The notes under the pieces were generated by a model. The model was not told where the DNA came from. It saw only the letters and a list, made by a program, of their open reading frames with translations, and did no database searches. Position numbers and translations under genes: made by a program. 64,000 nt of DNA from assembly GCA_964016885.1 (NCBI GenBank), contig OZ024741.1, positions 350,982,001 to 351,046,000 on the forward strand, given 5' to 3'. The stretch is from Eledone cirrhosa. Taxonomy: Eukaryota. Shown one piece after another: positions 1 to 14,900 of this stretch (position 1 is the first letter of the stretch; the number at the start of each line of letters is the position of its first letter).

Positions 1-9
1 CTGATGTTT

Positions 10-205
10 AGTTTAAATTATTGCAGGTCAACTCCTGCAAGGAAGACATGGGAAGGGAGAGAATTCCAGATGGCTGACATTCTGAGGTTGAAGGACTGGG
101 CAAAGAGGTAGGTGCAGGGTCTGGGGGAAAGGGGATAATATGGTTGATATGTAAAGTAAGAATGCCTGAAGTGGCATGTGGTCAGCCAACTTCGAGGAGC
201 CATTA
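10..205 (-). mobile_element. Decayed 3' fragment of a CR1/Jockey-like LINE
   Basis: Translation SFNLRMSAIWNSLPSHVF resembles the C-terminal WNxLP motif of CR1/L2/Jockey ORF2. Confidence 0.55.
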
Positions 206-479
206 GTTAAACAAAACCAATATTATTATTATCTAAATGGATTATCTGAAGCTAGTAACATAATTTAAAATGTCTGATCTGCTCTATTAAGATTTATCAG
301 TGGAAAATCTCATAAACCACTTTGGTAAAAATATTCATTCAAATTTATAAACTTTAAGTAAAACTCCAAATCAACACTCAACTAAAAAGCATAGCTAATT
401 GAATAATAAGATACTGCTTTTTGATAAGCAATTACAAAACAGACTTATACCCAGCTCTAAAAAGAGGCAATGATTGAGA

Positions 480-920
480 GTAAAATAGTCCAAATAGACT
501 TAATCTTACATCCAAGTGAAAGGTAGATTGTATGAATGCAGAGGATGTGTGAAGGTCGAAAAGAAAGGAAGCAAGTATGCTCCATTAGATGTGTAACATT
601 ATTGTTCATGAACAATGAAGTATAGCTGAGTTGAGAGAAAACTGGATACCAGACGAATTGGATGCTGTGTGTAAGAGAGAAGACAAGATTGAGTTGATAT
701 GGAAACGTAATATATATGGACAATGATGGCTGAGTAAGGAAGTGACAGGACTTCCAATGGAAAGGAACTGCAGAAGAGGTAAACCAAAGAAGATGTAGGC
801 AGAGTTGATGAAAGCTGATCTCAGGAACCTGAATCACACAAAGCAAATGACAAAAGAATGCAACAAGTGGCAAAATTCTGTTATAAAGGACCTGTCCAGC
901 CTATGCAAGCATGGAAACTA
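480..920 (+). mobile_element. Old degraded RTE 3' fragment
   Basis: Similar by eye to the 3' ORF and tail (tgcaagcatggaaa) of the intact RTE-A copies in this window. Confidence 0.6.
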
Positions 921-957
921 TACTAACAACAACATATATACTTAAATAACAACATAC

Positions 958-1046
958 CTGTTTGGGATATGACATCGATCCATCAATGGGTAAATTACAG
1001 TTTCAAAAAGAGGAATCAGTAAAATAATCAGAATAGGATTTATAGC
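958..1046 (-). CDS. SLC15 exon m, AINPILIILLIPLFETVIYPLMDRCHIPN
   Basis: taatag acceptor, gtatgt donor, 89 nt. Confidence 0.94.
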
Positions 1047-4000
1047 CTATTATAATAAAAGACAAACAAATGATACAATTTATAAGATTAAGTATAACAA
1101 ATACTAATTTCTCACATCAATACAACAGTAACTAAAATCACAAATGTGTAAGGAAGAGGTATATTTATTGACTACAACAAAAAGAAGCATTTCAACACTT
1201 TTGTTATAATATTTCTAATGAAAAACATTGCCTATGATTTTCAAATTATTTCGGAAAAGAAATCAAGAATTTGGAAAGAGTTAATAATATAACTAACTTT
1301 CTTGTTATTTAGAGGGTGTTAAAGATTCTTACATAAAATTATAATAGAAGATTTTTGGATTAATATAAATACTTTAAAGCAAATTTTTTTTATCATAGTA
1401 CGTGGGGCAGTTTCAAGTAAGTTTGTAACAGGGGGTTGGCCTTGCAGGAGCCCCGTGACAAACTTCATAGTCATAGTGGGGTCCTTTTTAAGGTGAGGCA
1501 ATGTTTTATGGTTAGACGCCCTTCCTGGTACTAGCTCTTTTAATCACTTCTTGCAACATTCAAGGGTGCAGTGTACCTATTCTAAACCAAACACACATCA
1601 GTATATGTAACGGTGTACAACCTAGTGGACTCATGACTGTAAGGCACTTAATTTTACATTGCCCCATTGGACAAAAATTCATACCAGCAGTTTTCTAGGA
1701 GTTAACTTTGCAATGGACTGGTATACCAGGATAAGCTTTGGCTTGATGAGTATCTAAGCTCAAAGAATACATTTGGTTTTAGAATATTGCTGGTACTCAG
1801 AATGTAAAGGAACACAAATATTACAAAACAATCTATAGCTTCTGTTACACTGTCTTAAAATATTACAGATATCATTTTAATCAAAAGAAAAAATGTAGTT
1901 ATATAAGTTACAGATGGATAAGTAGTTGTTGTATCGATCCAAGTCAGCCATGATTCAGCTGACCTATGATCTGAAATGCTCTAACCATGACCATCTTGTC
2001 TTTTTGTATATCCCGGATTACATTGTCATGTCTCCTTTTTTTAAGATGGTAGGGTATAATTTAAGGAAGACTTGGTTACTATTTCTAGCAAGGTTGAGCA
2101 ACCACAAAGAGGTTTTTTTCTTAGTCTGTACAGAAAGATAAATAGAAGTTGAAGAAATCAAGATGGGATGGCCACAGCTGAAACACCTTCGACCATAATT
2201 TTGCTGGATCAGGACTCACTTGGGTCTGAACAACAATAACAATAAAGCAGAGCTCAATAACCCTAAACAATGCATGTGTTTATTATAAACAAATATGACT
2301 CAACCAAAATACAATGAAAGTGTAATGAATGTTAAGTGTAAAGTATAATTACCTGCATTTGATCAGGTTTCAGTATTCCTAAGTAGCCCTACAATAGATA
2401 TGAACAGGTTCAGAATATTTACATTGAAAAAAAAAAGTAGAATGAAAATGAAATGGTACCATTGTTATTGAATAATCACTGTTAAGTAAGGTAGTGGACT
2501 ACTCAGAGTAAAGGAAGATAGCAGAATGCTCACAGTAGAGTAAAACAGTGGAATATGCATAACTATATACCACAGTAGAGTATTCACAGTTATATAACAC
2601 AATAGAGGACTCAGTTATGTACGATGATACAGTACTCAGAGTTATATAACACGGTTGAGTACCCAGAGTTATATAAAATAGTACTCAGTTATGCAACACA
2701 GTAGAGTACTCATAGTTATATTAGACAATAGAGTACTCAGTTATATAACACACTAGAATATTCACAGTTATTTAACACAATAGAGGACTCAGTTATATAA
2801 CACAGGAAAGTACAGTTATATAACGCAGGAATGTACATACAGCTATATAACACAGTAGAGTATTCAGTTATATAACACAAGAAAGTAATACAGTTATACA
2901 ATGCAGTAGAGTACTCACAGTAATATAAGACAAATAGATTATTTATTGTTAAGTAAAATAATGGAGTATTCATGGTTATGTAAGATAATGGAGTACCCAT
3001 ATTTAAATAAGACAGTGAGATAGATATACACAGTTATGTGAAACACAGGGTACTCATAGTTATATAAGATAAAACATCCCATATGGTTTTCAATCTTAAC
3101 CAGAACAAGGATTGATCCATATACTTGATAATTCAGGGTGTGAGGCTAAAAACTGGAATGTTTCACTTTTACCTTTTCAGAGGTTTTGAAACCACATTAG
3201 CAAATCATTATTGAAAGATATATAACAGCAGTATGCATACAGTGCATTAAAAGTTAAAGTTTTTACATTAATATTGTAAATTTTCACAAAGATCTGTTCA
3301 CTAGTAAAGATATTATAAACATTTGAATTACCAAATTCATTTTTAGATATTGTCTGCAAAATCATTAGAGGATGTTCGAAGTTAATGCAGTGTGATAAGA
3401 ATACTTACCAAACTACCATCCATAATTTTTGCCTGTAATGTCCACCGTGAACCCTTTTAAGACAAACAAAATATATCAATTGCTTCTTTTTAAAAAATAA
3501 TGTCTTTAATCATAGATATGCTCAATCATAGCATACCTAGGGCTAAACAATAACAACATACACTGATCAATTAACCCAACTCACCACCACCACCACCTCG
3601 TTTTATTTATTTATTTTTTTTTAAAAAGGGTCTCAACTCCAAAATATCATAAAACATAAGGTAAAAGTGTGAACTGTTGCTTTGTTTCATCTTAATTCAG
3701 TCCGTTATTTCTGACTGGCATTAATTATACTGGCTTTCCTAAAACTATTTTAATGACATATATCACAATGCTTCATATAAACTACAAAAAGTTAAAATTT
3801 AATTAAAGTTAATGTCTGTCCCAAGGCCAGAGACTCACCAAGCCAGAGCTTATTCCAGTTTCCTTGACATTGAGTGACACATAGCCCAAGACACCCCAAC
3901 CACAGATAGGATATCAATCTATTTCAGGTTTTACCCCCAGCTGCTGGCAGGCCTCATTTTCACCTGAGTTGACTGGAACAGTAAATGAAGTGTTTTGCTT

Positions 4001-5915
4001 AAAAATACAATATATCACCTGGGCCAGAAATCCATAACCCAACATACTAACTTCAAAAAAATTAAATTTTGGCCCCCAACTTCCCAGGAAATAAAATTTG
4101 GAAGACCTTAACAGAGGGCCTGGAGAGGAACATACCATTCTTTATTGAGGTTAAATGATTTCTAAGGATGGTACTTAACTGTGACACAATTAGTTATTTA
4201 GTTTTAATCAAAAATATAAGCAATCTTCTTTACCGAACCTGCATAACAGAGAACCAATAAGCTGGATGTAAACCTCCTGGAAGATCCCTTCCTTTCATAA
4301 AAAATGTGAAAGGTTTTGAATTGGTGGCTAAAAATATATGTGTGCATGTGTGTACACACTGAGATTATGTCCATTTTCCATGCTGGCATGGGTTGGATGG
4401 GGCATTATGGACAAAGTCAGTATTTAATTGAAGCTACTGTTCTCCTTGATAGGTTGGAGGACCACATCTCACTCTATATCATCCATTTTCACACTAAGAA
4501 TGGTTTCTCTAAAAAGAGGAAAAACTATGGTTTTGCTTAACCCTTTAGCATTTACATTACTCTATATATACTATTATATTTTCGTGGTAAGGGCGGTGGA
4601 TTGGCAGTATCGGTAGAGGGTCGGACGCCATGCTTTCCAGCATAATTACGTCCCTTTACGATCTGAGTTCAAATCCCGCCGAGGTTGACTTTGCCTTTCA
4701 TCCTTACGGGGGTCGATAAAATAAAGTACCAGTAATGAACTGGGTAATTGCTGGCCTTGTGCCTAAAGTAGAAACAATTATATTTTTGTGTTAAAGGCTT
4801 TATCTCACATAATTATTTCACATAATATTGAATCTATGAGATTTTAATGTTATTTATTTTGAGGACAATACCTTAACATCAATATAAGTGGATGGTTATG
4901 GCCGGTTTAAACAGAAAGGGGTGAAAGAATGTTGGCCGGATACAAATAAGTTCTCACTGAGTAGCCCTTATTGTTATGACCACCCCTTCTTTTTCTTTAA
5001 ACAGTAAAGTGTGATTTGAAGAAAAGTTAACACCTATTTCTAGCAGGTCATGCTCCTGGAGAATAACGTTAATAAATTATGAAAAAGAAATCTCATACCT
5101 GTTGATCAAAGAGTGCCCAAAATAGAGGAACAGGTAAAAACATGACGAGAAGTCGTAGAAGACATTTGATATCATCCACAAAGACAGACTACAAATAAAA
5201 AGGAAAAAAAGAGTATATACATATATACATACATACATACACATATATATATACATACATACACATACACACATACATACATACACATACACACATACAT
5301 ATACATACATACATGATGGCTGCCCCCTCCTTACCGAGTATGGCCATTGCACAATATACCATTATTAATAATTATTAATTAATTCTATCGTGCAATGCCT
5401 GTGCATGAAGATATTTTTTAAAGTGAGGAAAGACTGTGCACTGAGCCAATCCCACTCTCTGAGCGACAGTAGATATAACCTGAAAAGAAGAAAAGATCAT
5501 CATCATCAGTAACTACTGAGCCGCAGGTTTTATATCAGAGTTATCCCAGTTTCCTGAGTTGCCTTCTCCTAGAAGAATGCCCTGACAAAGGCTAGGGGTC
5601 CTTCACTCCCAGTGGTTTAACTGCGCGATCGGGTATCCAGCCTAATTATTTCTATGTCCCTGCGCATATACATACACATGCATACATGTATATACATATT
5701 TACACATTTTTGGATAACCGTTGACTCATGAGTTCTTCCGCCTTTTGTCAGGTTTTGTTTTTGTCCTGCAGTGTATCCAAAATCACCCTCCTCACCAAGT
5801 AAACTTGGTGGGGTTGCCAATTTAGTTGCTGATGATCCGACCATGCTACAGGTTGTACTGGGTTGCATGTTAGCAGTAGCACTCAAGAGTGACCCGACAT
5901 AATACACATACATAC

Positions 5916-5950
<35 letters not shown>

Positions 5951-8900
5951 TATACATACATACATACATACATATTTCTTGTTTTCAAAACAAAATAGGT
6001 CCAATTTTTAAAGAAAACTTTGTAACTACAGCCCGGTCCCTCTCCAAAGGGGGACCATTCCGGAACTGATGACCACACTTCTGATTATCAAGCAGATCTC
6101 TCTATGCTTGTGTCAATTTTAAATACTTGAGCAAACACCCAAAATAAGTGAAAAATACTAAAATTCTCAAAAGCCTTATGTAGCTCCCAAGACCTCTTTC
6201 TCAGTCGGTAGTCAATGACAACTACAATAATCTGATAAGAGGAAACAATCAACAATCTCGACAAAAAAGTCTGTCTTAAGCCTGGAGGCTCATCAGGCCA
6301 GTGTTTATCCCAGTTTCTGTAGTGTGGAGCGACTGAGAGTACACGACTCTCTCCTTGACAGGACGGCAGTTCATTGCAGGGTTAAACCTCCAGCTATTGC
6401 TGGTACTCACTCTCAGCTGAGTGTACTTGAGCAACAGGAAATAAAGTGTTTTGCTCAAGAAACACACAACTCTATCCAGGAACTGAACTCACAATATCAT
6501 AATCACAAGTCCAACACCCTTACTCTTAGGCCATACACTTCTGCAATCTACACATAGAATGAGTAAAAAGTTTACATAAAAATACTTACATCATATTTAT
6601 CCACGCCTGCATCGAGCCAATGGGCATGTGTTGGAGTATTACTGCGACGTAAGATCCAGTATTGTTTGATTGAATACTGCAAAAATAATAATAATAATGA
6701 TTACTTACATTAACAGACAACCACAAATACATGTATAGTTGATTAAAATAACTCCCAGTTTTTCACTGGTGCTAAGTTTATCAACGTTGAAGTGGTGCAA
6801 GACAAAGATGATATCATTGGGATTTAAACTCAGAACATTAAACAGACCTAACTAAATACTGCAAAGTATATGCAATGAAATTTCAAAAGTAAATATAAAA
6901 ACTTTTACTATACTAGAGAGAAATCAATCATCAGATCAGACCAAGGAAACCTTGTTTCTTTGGTCTTTCCATCGGTGATAATATCTGCCAGTTGCGACCT
7001 GGCAGCAGCATCATTGCTTATTGCTTTTCCAATGACAGGAGATGGAATTTGAAATCAGAACACATAGAAACAGAACAGGTACTACAAAATATCTCCTCTG
7101 ACTCTTTATTAATTCTGTCAATCCATTGCCCCTGGGCTGATACTTTATTTAACAGTCCCAAAAGGATGGAAGGCAAAGTTGACTTCAGCAAGATAGGAAC
7201 TTAAAGGGCAAAGTATCGTAACAAATACTATAAAGCTTTCTCTCTGACACTCTAAAAACTTAACCAATTCGATACCAATTACAATAAAAGAACGAGGCAA
7301 GTTCTAAACAGTTGGTCAGTCATTGATTGAACTAACATCATTTTATGCCCACATTCCATACTGGCATGGATTGATAGGCAGTCATGGTCCAAGACTAAAT
7401 GGATTGGAGAACCATATCTTGCTTGTTGTTCCATATTTTGGCCTGGTTTCTATGGCTGGATGCCTTTTTTAATGCCAACCATTTTTCAGGGTTTACTGTG
7501 AGCATGTTATCATGGCACCAATACTAGAGAGTTTGTCAAGTCCTATATATAACATGTTAATAGTTACAGTATTGATATAAACTTCAGAGTAAATAGATAA
7601 ACATCTGCTATTTATACTTACAAACACACAACTGAATACTTTTGTCAGTAAATGTCCAGTTGGGGGAATCTTTTTATATTTCTTCCTACCACACACAAAC
7701 AACACTGAAATGATAGGAATACATGTTAGGGTCAATACATAAGCGTGTGTGTGCGCACTTCTGGTAACCCATTAACAAGCATTGGTAATGAGTTAACAGA
7801 CTGTCACATTATCCATTAGTATTGTAAAGTATAGTGTAGCTAATCAATACTTTGTGGGGGATCCTTTACATAGTTGCTCACACTTTTAAAAATAGCACCC
7901 AACTCTCTTTCAAATTCCCTCACTGTCCTCTTAAAAATATAAAAATACAAAATACTATATTTCTAGATACCCCTAAAAAGACAGGATGGTCTTGGCTAGA
8001 ATACTTTTGATCATATGTCTAATCACTCATTGATGACCTAGGACTAAACAACAATGAAATTACAACAAACCAACTAGCAATCACTTGATATGGCAGAAAT
8101 AGCAGTCAAATCACAGGTAACATTCTACTGTCTTAAAAAAAGGAAGGGCACATTGGCTATCCAGTCCTAGATACTTTATGTCTCAAACAAAGATGTGGTG
8201 GTAAAATTTGATCATATGTTTTCTCAATGAAGGCTGGCCTGGTGTTAAACAACACACTTTTGTTGTAACCATCACTAAAGTGTACATTAATATAAAATCA
8301 GACTAGAAAGAAAAGAAAACACAACATTCCCACACTACCACATGATAAAACTACTGCATGCTGGAGTTTACAATTTTAACAGGCTTGGAATATGCACATT
8401 TTGGAATGGACAAATCTCCCTTCAAAACAGTGAAGTAGTTTGAGACCAATGGGACAGTGGAGAACCTCAATACAAATTTCTAAAGACTGTCCTAGCCACT
8501 CTGGATGCCCCAGGAAGTGTACACAGGAAGTTATTTCATGGTCCGAGAGCCCAAAAGGATCGCTGCATAGATGAAGCCAATCCTTGTGCCTCTCCACAGA
8601 AATTTGCAGAAGGGTCGTCAAAGAGGGTCTTAAGAAATACTCTTACAGAATACAGACTAAACAAAAGCTCTCTGTGGCTGATAAGACTAAAATAAAGGTT
8701 ATGACTGAGAAAATGCTGGAAAAGATGGAAAAATTTTCTTAATCTGCTGTGGACCTCTGATGAAGGGGAAGATTAACTCTGAGAATAATATGTTCTGGGG
8801 TTCAGAGAAACCCACTGAAGTGGCTGTGAAACCTCTCCAATTGGCTAAATGCATTGTCTAGGCTTCCATTTCTGAGAGAAAGTTGACTGGCCCATTCTTC

Positions 8901-11900
8901 TTCAAAGAAAATGGTATCACTGCTACAATCACAAAGGAATGCTATGTGAAGGTCCTGGAAAACTTGAAAAAAGAGCTACAGAGCATGAACCCAACTCTAA
9001 TGAATAAGTTTTGGTTCCAGCAAGATGGAGCAAGCCTTCACATCTCCGCGTCATGAGAATGGTAGAAAAATAAGTTTGGAAATTGTGTGATCATTTTGAA
9101 GACTGGTTTTGAGTGGGCACCACACAAACCTGATTTAAGTTCCCTCCATTTCTTTCTTTGGGGCTATCTGAATTTTAGTGTATATGTCAACAAACTTAGG
9201 ATCCTCACTGAACTAAAGTAAAACATCAGGGAAGAGATCAAAGCCATCCTTATGTCTATTTGTAAAGATGTTATGCTAAACTTCACCATGCACCTAAAAA
9301 AACCGCATGGATTCAAATGTGGATCACTTGGAATATGTGTTATAACTCTGGACAGATATATCAGAAGATAGTGAATTTTTGATATGTTGTTGTTAATGGT
9401 TTAAACTAAATATATTCAGAGTTTCATCAATTTTTGTCAAAGAATGAATAATGTAAACAAAAAAAAAAAAATTGGGCCATTTTTTAGGCCCCCTATAACA
9501 ACTTACAAAGTGCTATAACCATTAAGATGGCAGGAACCCCGAAAGCCAATGAGTAACAATCACCACCAAAACATTTGACATCAGCTGTAAAAAAAGAAAA
9601 CAAAATTAATTGTGTGAACTATTTCAAAACATGATAGATGTAGGCTTTGCTGAATGTTTACTAAGTTCACTTCACATTCATGAGTTTCCAGGTTAGATCA
9701 CACTGCATGTCATCTTTGGCGTTATTAATTGAACCAACAGAGGTTCATTTACTTAATACATACTTCTAATTGCACCAAAGTTGAAAGAGATTAAATTAAA
9801 CTAAAACAGTAATAGTTCAACTGTTTAACTGTTATCCTGCTCAATGGGGTTTAACCTCAAAATTTTGTTTCCAAGCAAGACTGCAATTAAATAATGTATT
9901 AAGTCTAGTATTGTATCATTTCTATTAACTACACCATTTTTAGAATCATTAATTTAAAAAAACTTTTTAAATTCATTACCATATTTCTCTGTTTATAGCA
10001 AACAGTTCATCATAAAAAAACATGCTCATGTAATTTTCAAAATGTCTTTACAGTAGCTAATCTTCCACAATGCTGACTTTACTCTAAATACTATTTTACA
10101 GTAGGTGTTCTTTTACTGTAGTCCAGCATAGATGAGTCCCTTGGAAGCACTTGCACTCAGTTGTCTCTCTCCCTGACATACTGGCCTGCTATTTCCTCTA
10201 ACCAAGGTAGACCCAAGTAATAAAAGCCCTCTGATAAGGGCAAATACAACCCAATGTTCTTAAATCAGTACTGGAAAGGATTAACATCATCTCATCTTAA
10301 TAGTTAATCACTTCTCCAATAATGGTAAACTACAGCTACATGTTGCTAAATGATGTTGATCCTGCATTCTTTGAAACAATAGGAGCATGCCATTCAATCT
10401 TGGAATTTAGATTGAATTAGTCAACTAGTACTGTTAATAATGATAGCACTAGCACTGAATGTATTTCTTTTTTGGACTCCATATATATCAGGGTTACCAG
10501 ATATATGAACAATCATACAAACTGGGAAATTTGCATTTTGATAAATTAATAGTATGTATAAGAGAAACTTTATAATTTATGTAGATTACTGACACATGGA
10601 AATAATTGAAGATAAGAAGGGTATTTTAATAATCTATTTCTAGGATATAATTACATAACCATTCAAATGACATACAGGATTAAATGTATGAGTAACTGTG
10701 GAGAAATAACTATTTACAGAGCCAAATGCAGGGTTAGAACCCAGGGTCTCGTAACTTCTTATTGCAGCAACACAACTAATAAAGGAAATGCACTGTTTGT
10801 ATGTGTGTGTAAATTTCAAAGAGTTACAGACAGAGATCATCATCATCACAATTTAATGTCTATTTTCCCATGCTTGTATGAGTTAGATGGATCATCCACG
10901 TCATGAGACAAGTCTGACCAGCTGGCTGCGCCATACTTTTTTTAGAGGGAACAGTATTTTGGTTAGGATTTTACAGCTAAATGCCCTTCCTAACACCAAC
11001 CACGTTTAATATATATAAATAAATATATAAACATGCACATTATATCATTATGGTTGATAAGTAAAACAGCATATCTTACCTCTAAGGATCGGAGTCACCA
11101 AAGTAGACAGAAGACTTCCAGCATTGACAGCAAAGTAGAACACTGAGAAAAAACCTTGCACTAGCTTTTCCTAAAATACAGAAAATGGAGTGAGCAGATG
11201 AGAATAAGATTGAACAGGAAATTAATCAAACAATAAATTTTATTTGAAATCGAATCACTTTAACCCTTTAGCATTTAAACTGGCCATATCCAACCATAAT
11301 TCTCTCACCTCTTTCTGTTCAAACTGGCAGTAACTTGCTACTCATACTGATGTTAAGGTATTGTTCTCAAAATAAATAATATCAAAATTTCATAGATTCG
11401 ATATTATGAGATATTATTTGAGATAAAGCCTTTACCGTGAAAATACAATAGTATATATAGAGTAATGTGAATACTAAATAAATAAATAACATATTCATAT
11501 CTTTCTGAAAATGATATTGATTTCCTAATTAGGGACAAGATCACATATTAGATTGTTTCAAATACTGTGTGATGTATTGTAATGTATGTGTACACACACT
11601 TGCACTTTTTCAAAACATTACTCTGTTCTATATATATAAGAAGCATTTTAAAACCTTTTTCCCTGCTTAAGATTTCATTTTTCCTTAGGAATATATAGAG
11701 TGCATTCAAGCCATATGCTCTGACCATTCCTAGTTGTTACTGAGTAAGAAAAATATAAAAAAGATATTTCATATAAAAGAGATATTTATAATAAATCAGC
11801 TGTGCCATAGACATGACAACCTCCCTGGTGTTGGTGATTCACACAATATACATCCCAGTACATTCTGTAAAGTGGTTGGTAGTGGGAAAGGCATCCAGCC

Positions 11901-14900
11901 ATAGTAAACCTGCCAAACACAAGGTCAGGAAGACCCTTCATCTATGCCAAAGACAACACAACTTTCCTAATGTTGGTGCTGTAGTAAAATGCACTCAGTA
12001 GAGTGCAGAAACAAGATGTATCCTCGGCCCATCTGAGAGGAGAGTAACTCCACTTAAATACTGACTTCAACTATGATATGTCCAACCTTGCTAACAAGGA
12101 AAACAAAGGCTTAATGATGATACTGATGAAACCCTAACAAATATCAGTAAAAGTAAATAAGGATTAACTATGATAAGACTTCTTCTACCATAAACAGGAT
12201 CCTCTGTCATAGGAGTACTCTGGAACTGATGAATGAGATAAATCAAGTCTGAGATTACGAGAGATATGTTATATAGCACACTTACCAAACCCATGTATAC
12301 AATGGAAATATATATATCTATATCAAAGGTTTCTCTCTAAAAATAAAAGGCAGACTGTATGATGCCTGCATACGAACAGCTATGTTACATGGCAGTGAGA
12401 CATGGGCATTGTGTGCAGAGGATCTGCGCAGACTGGAGAGGAACGAAGCATGCATGCTCCGCTGAATGTGTAATAGTAATATACATGAACAGCAAAGCAT
12501 AAATGAACTAAGTAAGAAATTAGGTATAAGAGGGATCAGATGCTGTTTACTCGAGAGAAGACTACGTTGGTATGGTCACGAGATGCGCATGAAAGACGAC
12601 AACTGTATAAAAAAGTGCAGGGCAATCAAAATTGACGTAGTGACAAAGTAGGCAGACCCAGAAAAACCTGGGATGATTTGATAAATTCAGACCTCACACA
12701 CTTACACCTCTCTAAGACCGAGATCTTTGGCGCTACGCAGTAATACAGAAAACCCGCCTTGCCTAAGTACAAAGCAAAACCTACAGTAAGTAGGCACCTC
12801 TTAATCAAATATACATCCCCATCCCACTCCCCCAACTCCCCCACTCCCGCCCCCATCAACACCACCCCTTTCTCTGTAAACTTATGTTGGTACCACAACA
12901 TCCAGTCCTAAATAAATGAGGGCGTGTAGGTGTCACGACAAAAAACACAGTCCACGCTGTAATGTGGCCGTGTAGGTAACACGGTAAAAACCTCCCAGTC
13001 CACACTGTAAACGTGGTTGGTGTTAGGAAGGGCATCCATCCGTAGAAAACCTGCCAGACAGTCCTATACGAGCAAGACAACCAATCTTGCCTCAAGTGGG
13101 ACAATTCTCGTCTAAACCCATGCTAGCGTGGAAGATAGACGTTAAATGATGATGATGATGATGATGATATCAACTATAATATTAGCCATTGTATGTTTAT
13201 TTATATATTTGTCCGTCACATACTGAAAAGGAAAAATACACAGACAATAGAATTACAAACACACATCTACACATACACATACATAAACAGACACTTCTCT
13301 TCTTCTTCGCCTACTTATTCCTGAGAAGGTTGGGGGGGGGGGGGGGCAGAGTCATCAAACACTCCTTCCAGCGGGTTTTGTCAGAAGCAGCCATATCCTA
13401 CTGATCTGGATGGGTCCCCAAGAGAGACCAACCAAGCTCATGGATGTTATCTAACCATCTTGCTCAGAGTCTACCCCTGGGTCTCCTGCCGGTTGGTTTT
13501 GCCAGTAAAATCTGTCCAGCGATTCTTTCCTTTGACATTCTAACCACATGCCAATATCAGAGCTGTGATCTCTCAATTCAGAGAAGTAGCAGCTCTACCT
13601 GAAGTGACTCTCTGATTAGCCAAAATAATTATTACATACACACACATCCATGTGATGACTGAGGAAGGAAGAGGGTGGTGAGAAACTTAATAAACAGTGA
13701 CCAGTGACTTGTATGTGTATATATGTAGCAAATTGGCTATTATGATTATGTTAAGTGTATGTGTGTGAGTATATATGTATTTGTGTGAATATATTTATAC
13801 TTGTGTGTGTGAATGTCTGTTTCTGTGTTTCCCGTTAAGGGTGAAAGCAGCTATACTCATACATATAAATATATACATATGCACACCAAGATATTATCTT
13901 GGTTATCTATGTTAGTTGCAGATAGTTTTTCCACAAAAAAGTTTTGTAATTAAAGAATTATTAAATTAAAAACTTTGTTTTGTACCCTTCTTATATAAAA
14001 AATACTACAATTAGCCATCACTTCTTTATGACACAGGACCAGCTAGTATATATATATAAATAAACTGAGGTACTGCAAGTCCAGTAGTTAAGTTTCATGT
14101 TAGTTTTTATGTTGAATTGGCAGAATTATGAGAGTGATGGGAGTGGATTGGCAGTATTGGTAGAGGGTCGGACGCCATGCTTTACAGCATAGAGTTACGG
14201 CCCTTTACGATCTGAGTTCAAATCCTACCAAGGTTAATTTTGTCTTTCATCCTTACGGGGGTTAATAAAATAAAGCCCCAGTAATGCACTGGGGTAATTG
14301 CTGGCATTGTGCCAAAAGTAGAAACAATTATTAGTGATGGATTAAAGGTCTTGGTCAATTTGCTTTTCATCCTTTTGGGGTTGATAAATAAAATACCAAT
14401 TCATGTGTTAGTAGATTGGCAGAACTATTAAAGAGTTGGATGGGATGCTTTGCAGTATCTATGTGTAATCTGAGTTCAAATCCCATCCCCTATCACTGGA
14501 AAAGTGATGACACTTCTGCCAGTTGTTATTGTCAGATAGTATCAGCAATGGAGAGACTAATGGAAACATAATAGTTTTTTTGTTCTGATCTCATGATCAG
14601 CTCCTTTCTTCTGCCAGGAGTTGTGACTGGCAGATAGTATTGGCAATAGAATGACTAATAGAAACATTATTTCCTTGGTCTGATCTGATGATTAGCTTCA
14701 TTCTTTTCCTTTATTTTAATGAGAAAAAAGGTATGACTTATTCACAAGTATATATTGAACTGATAAAGATAATTGTTTCTACTATTGGCACAAGGCCAGC
14801 AATTACCCAGTACATTACTGGTACTTTATTTTATCGACCCCGTAAGGATGAAAGGCAAAGTTAACCTCGGCGGGATTTGAACTTAGAATGGCAAGGGCCG

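Noticed and set aside
4588-4690. tRNA genes at SINE heads
   Set aside because: A and B boxes are present but there is no cloverleaf, and all are joined to SINE cores.
5790-5902. Possible HDV-like ribozyme at the 5' end of the RTE-B derivatives (also 39740-39795)
   Set aside because: A GG-hairpin-CTAA/CTAC-like 3' half is suggestive but I could not assign P1, P3 and P1.1 consistently; needs a descriptor search on the full consensus.
8757-8800. Other CTGANGA matches (8757, 5830, 6065, 12123, 20775) as hammerheads
   Set aside because: No properly placed GAAA, stem III or stem I; 8757 is transposase WTSDE coding sequence.
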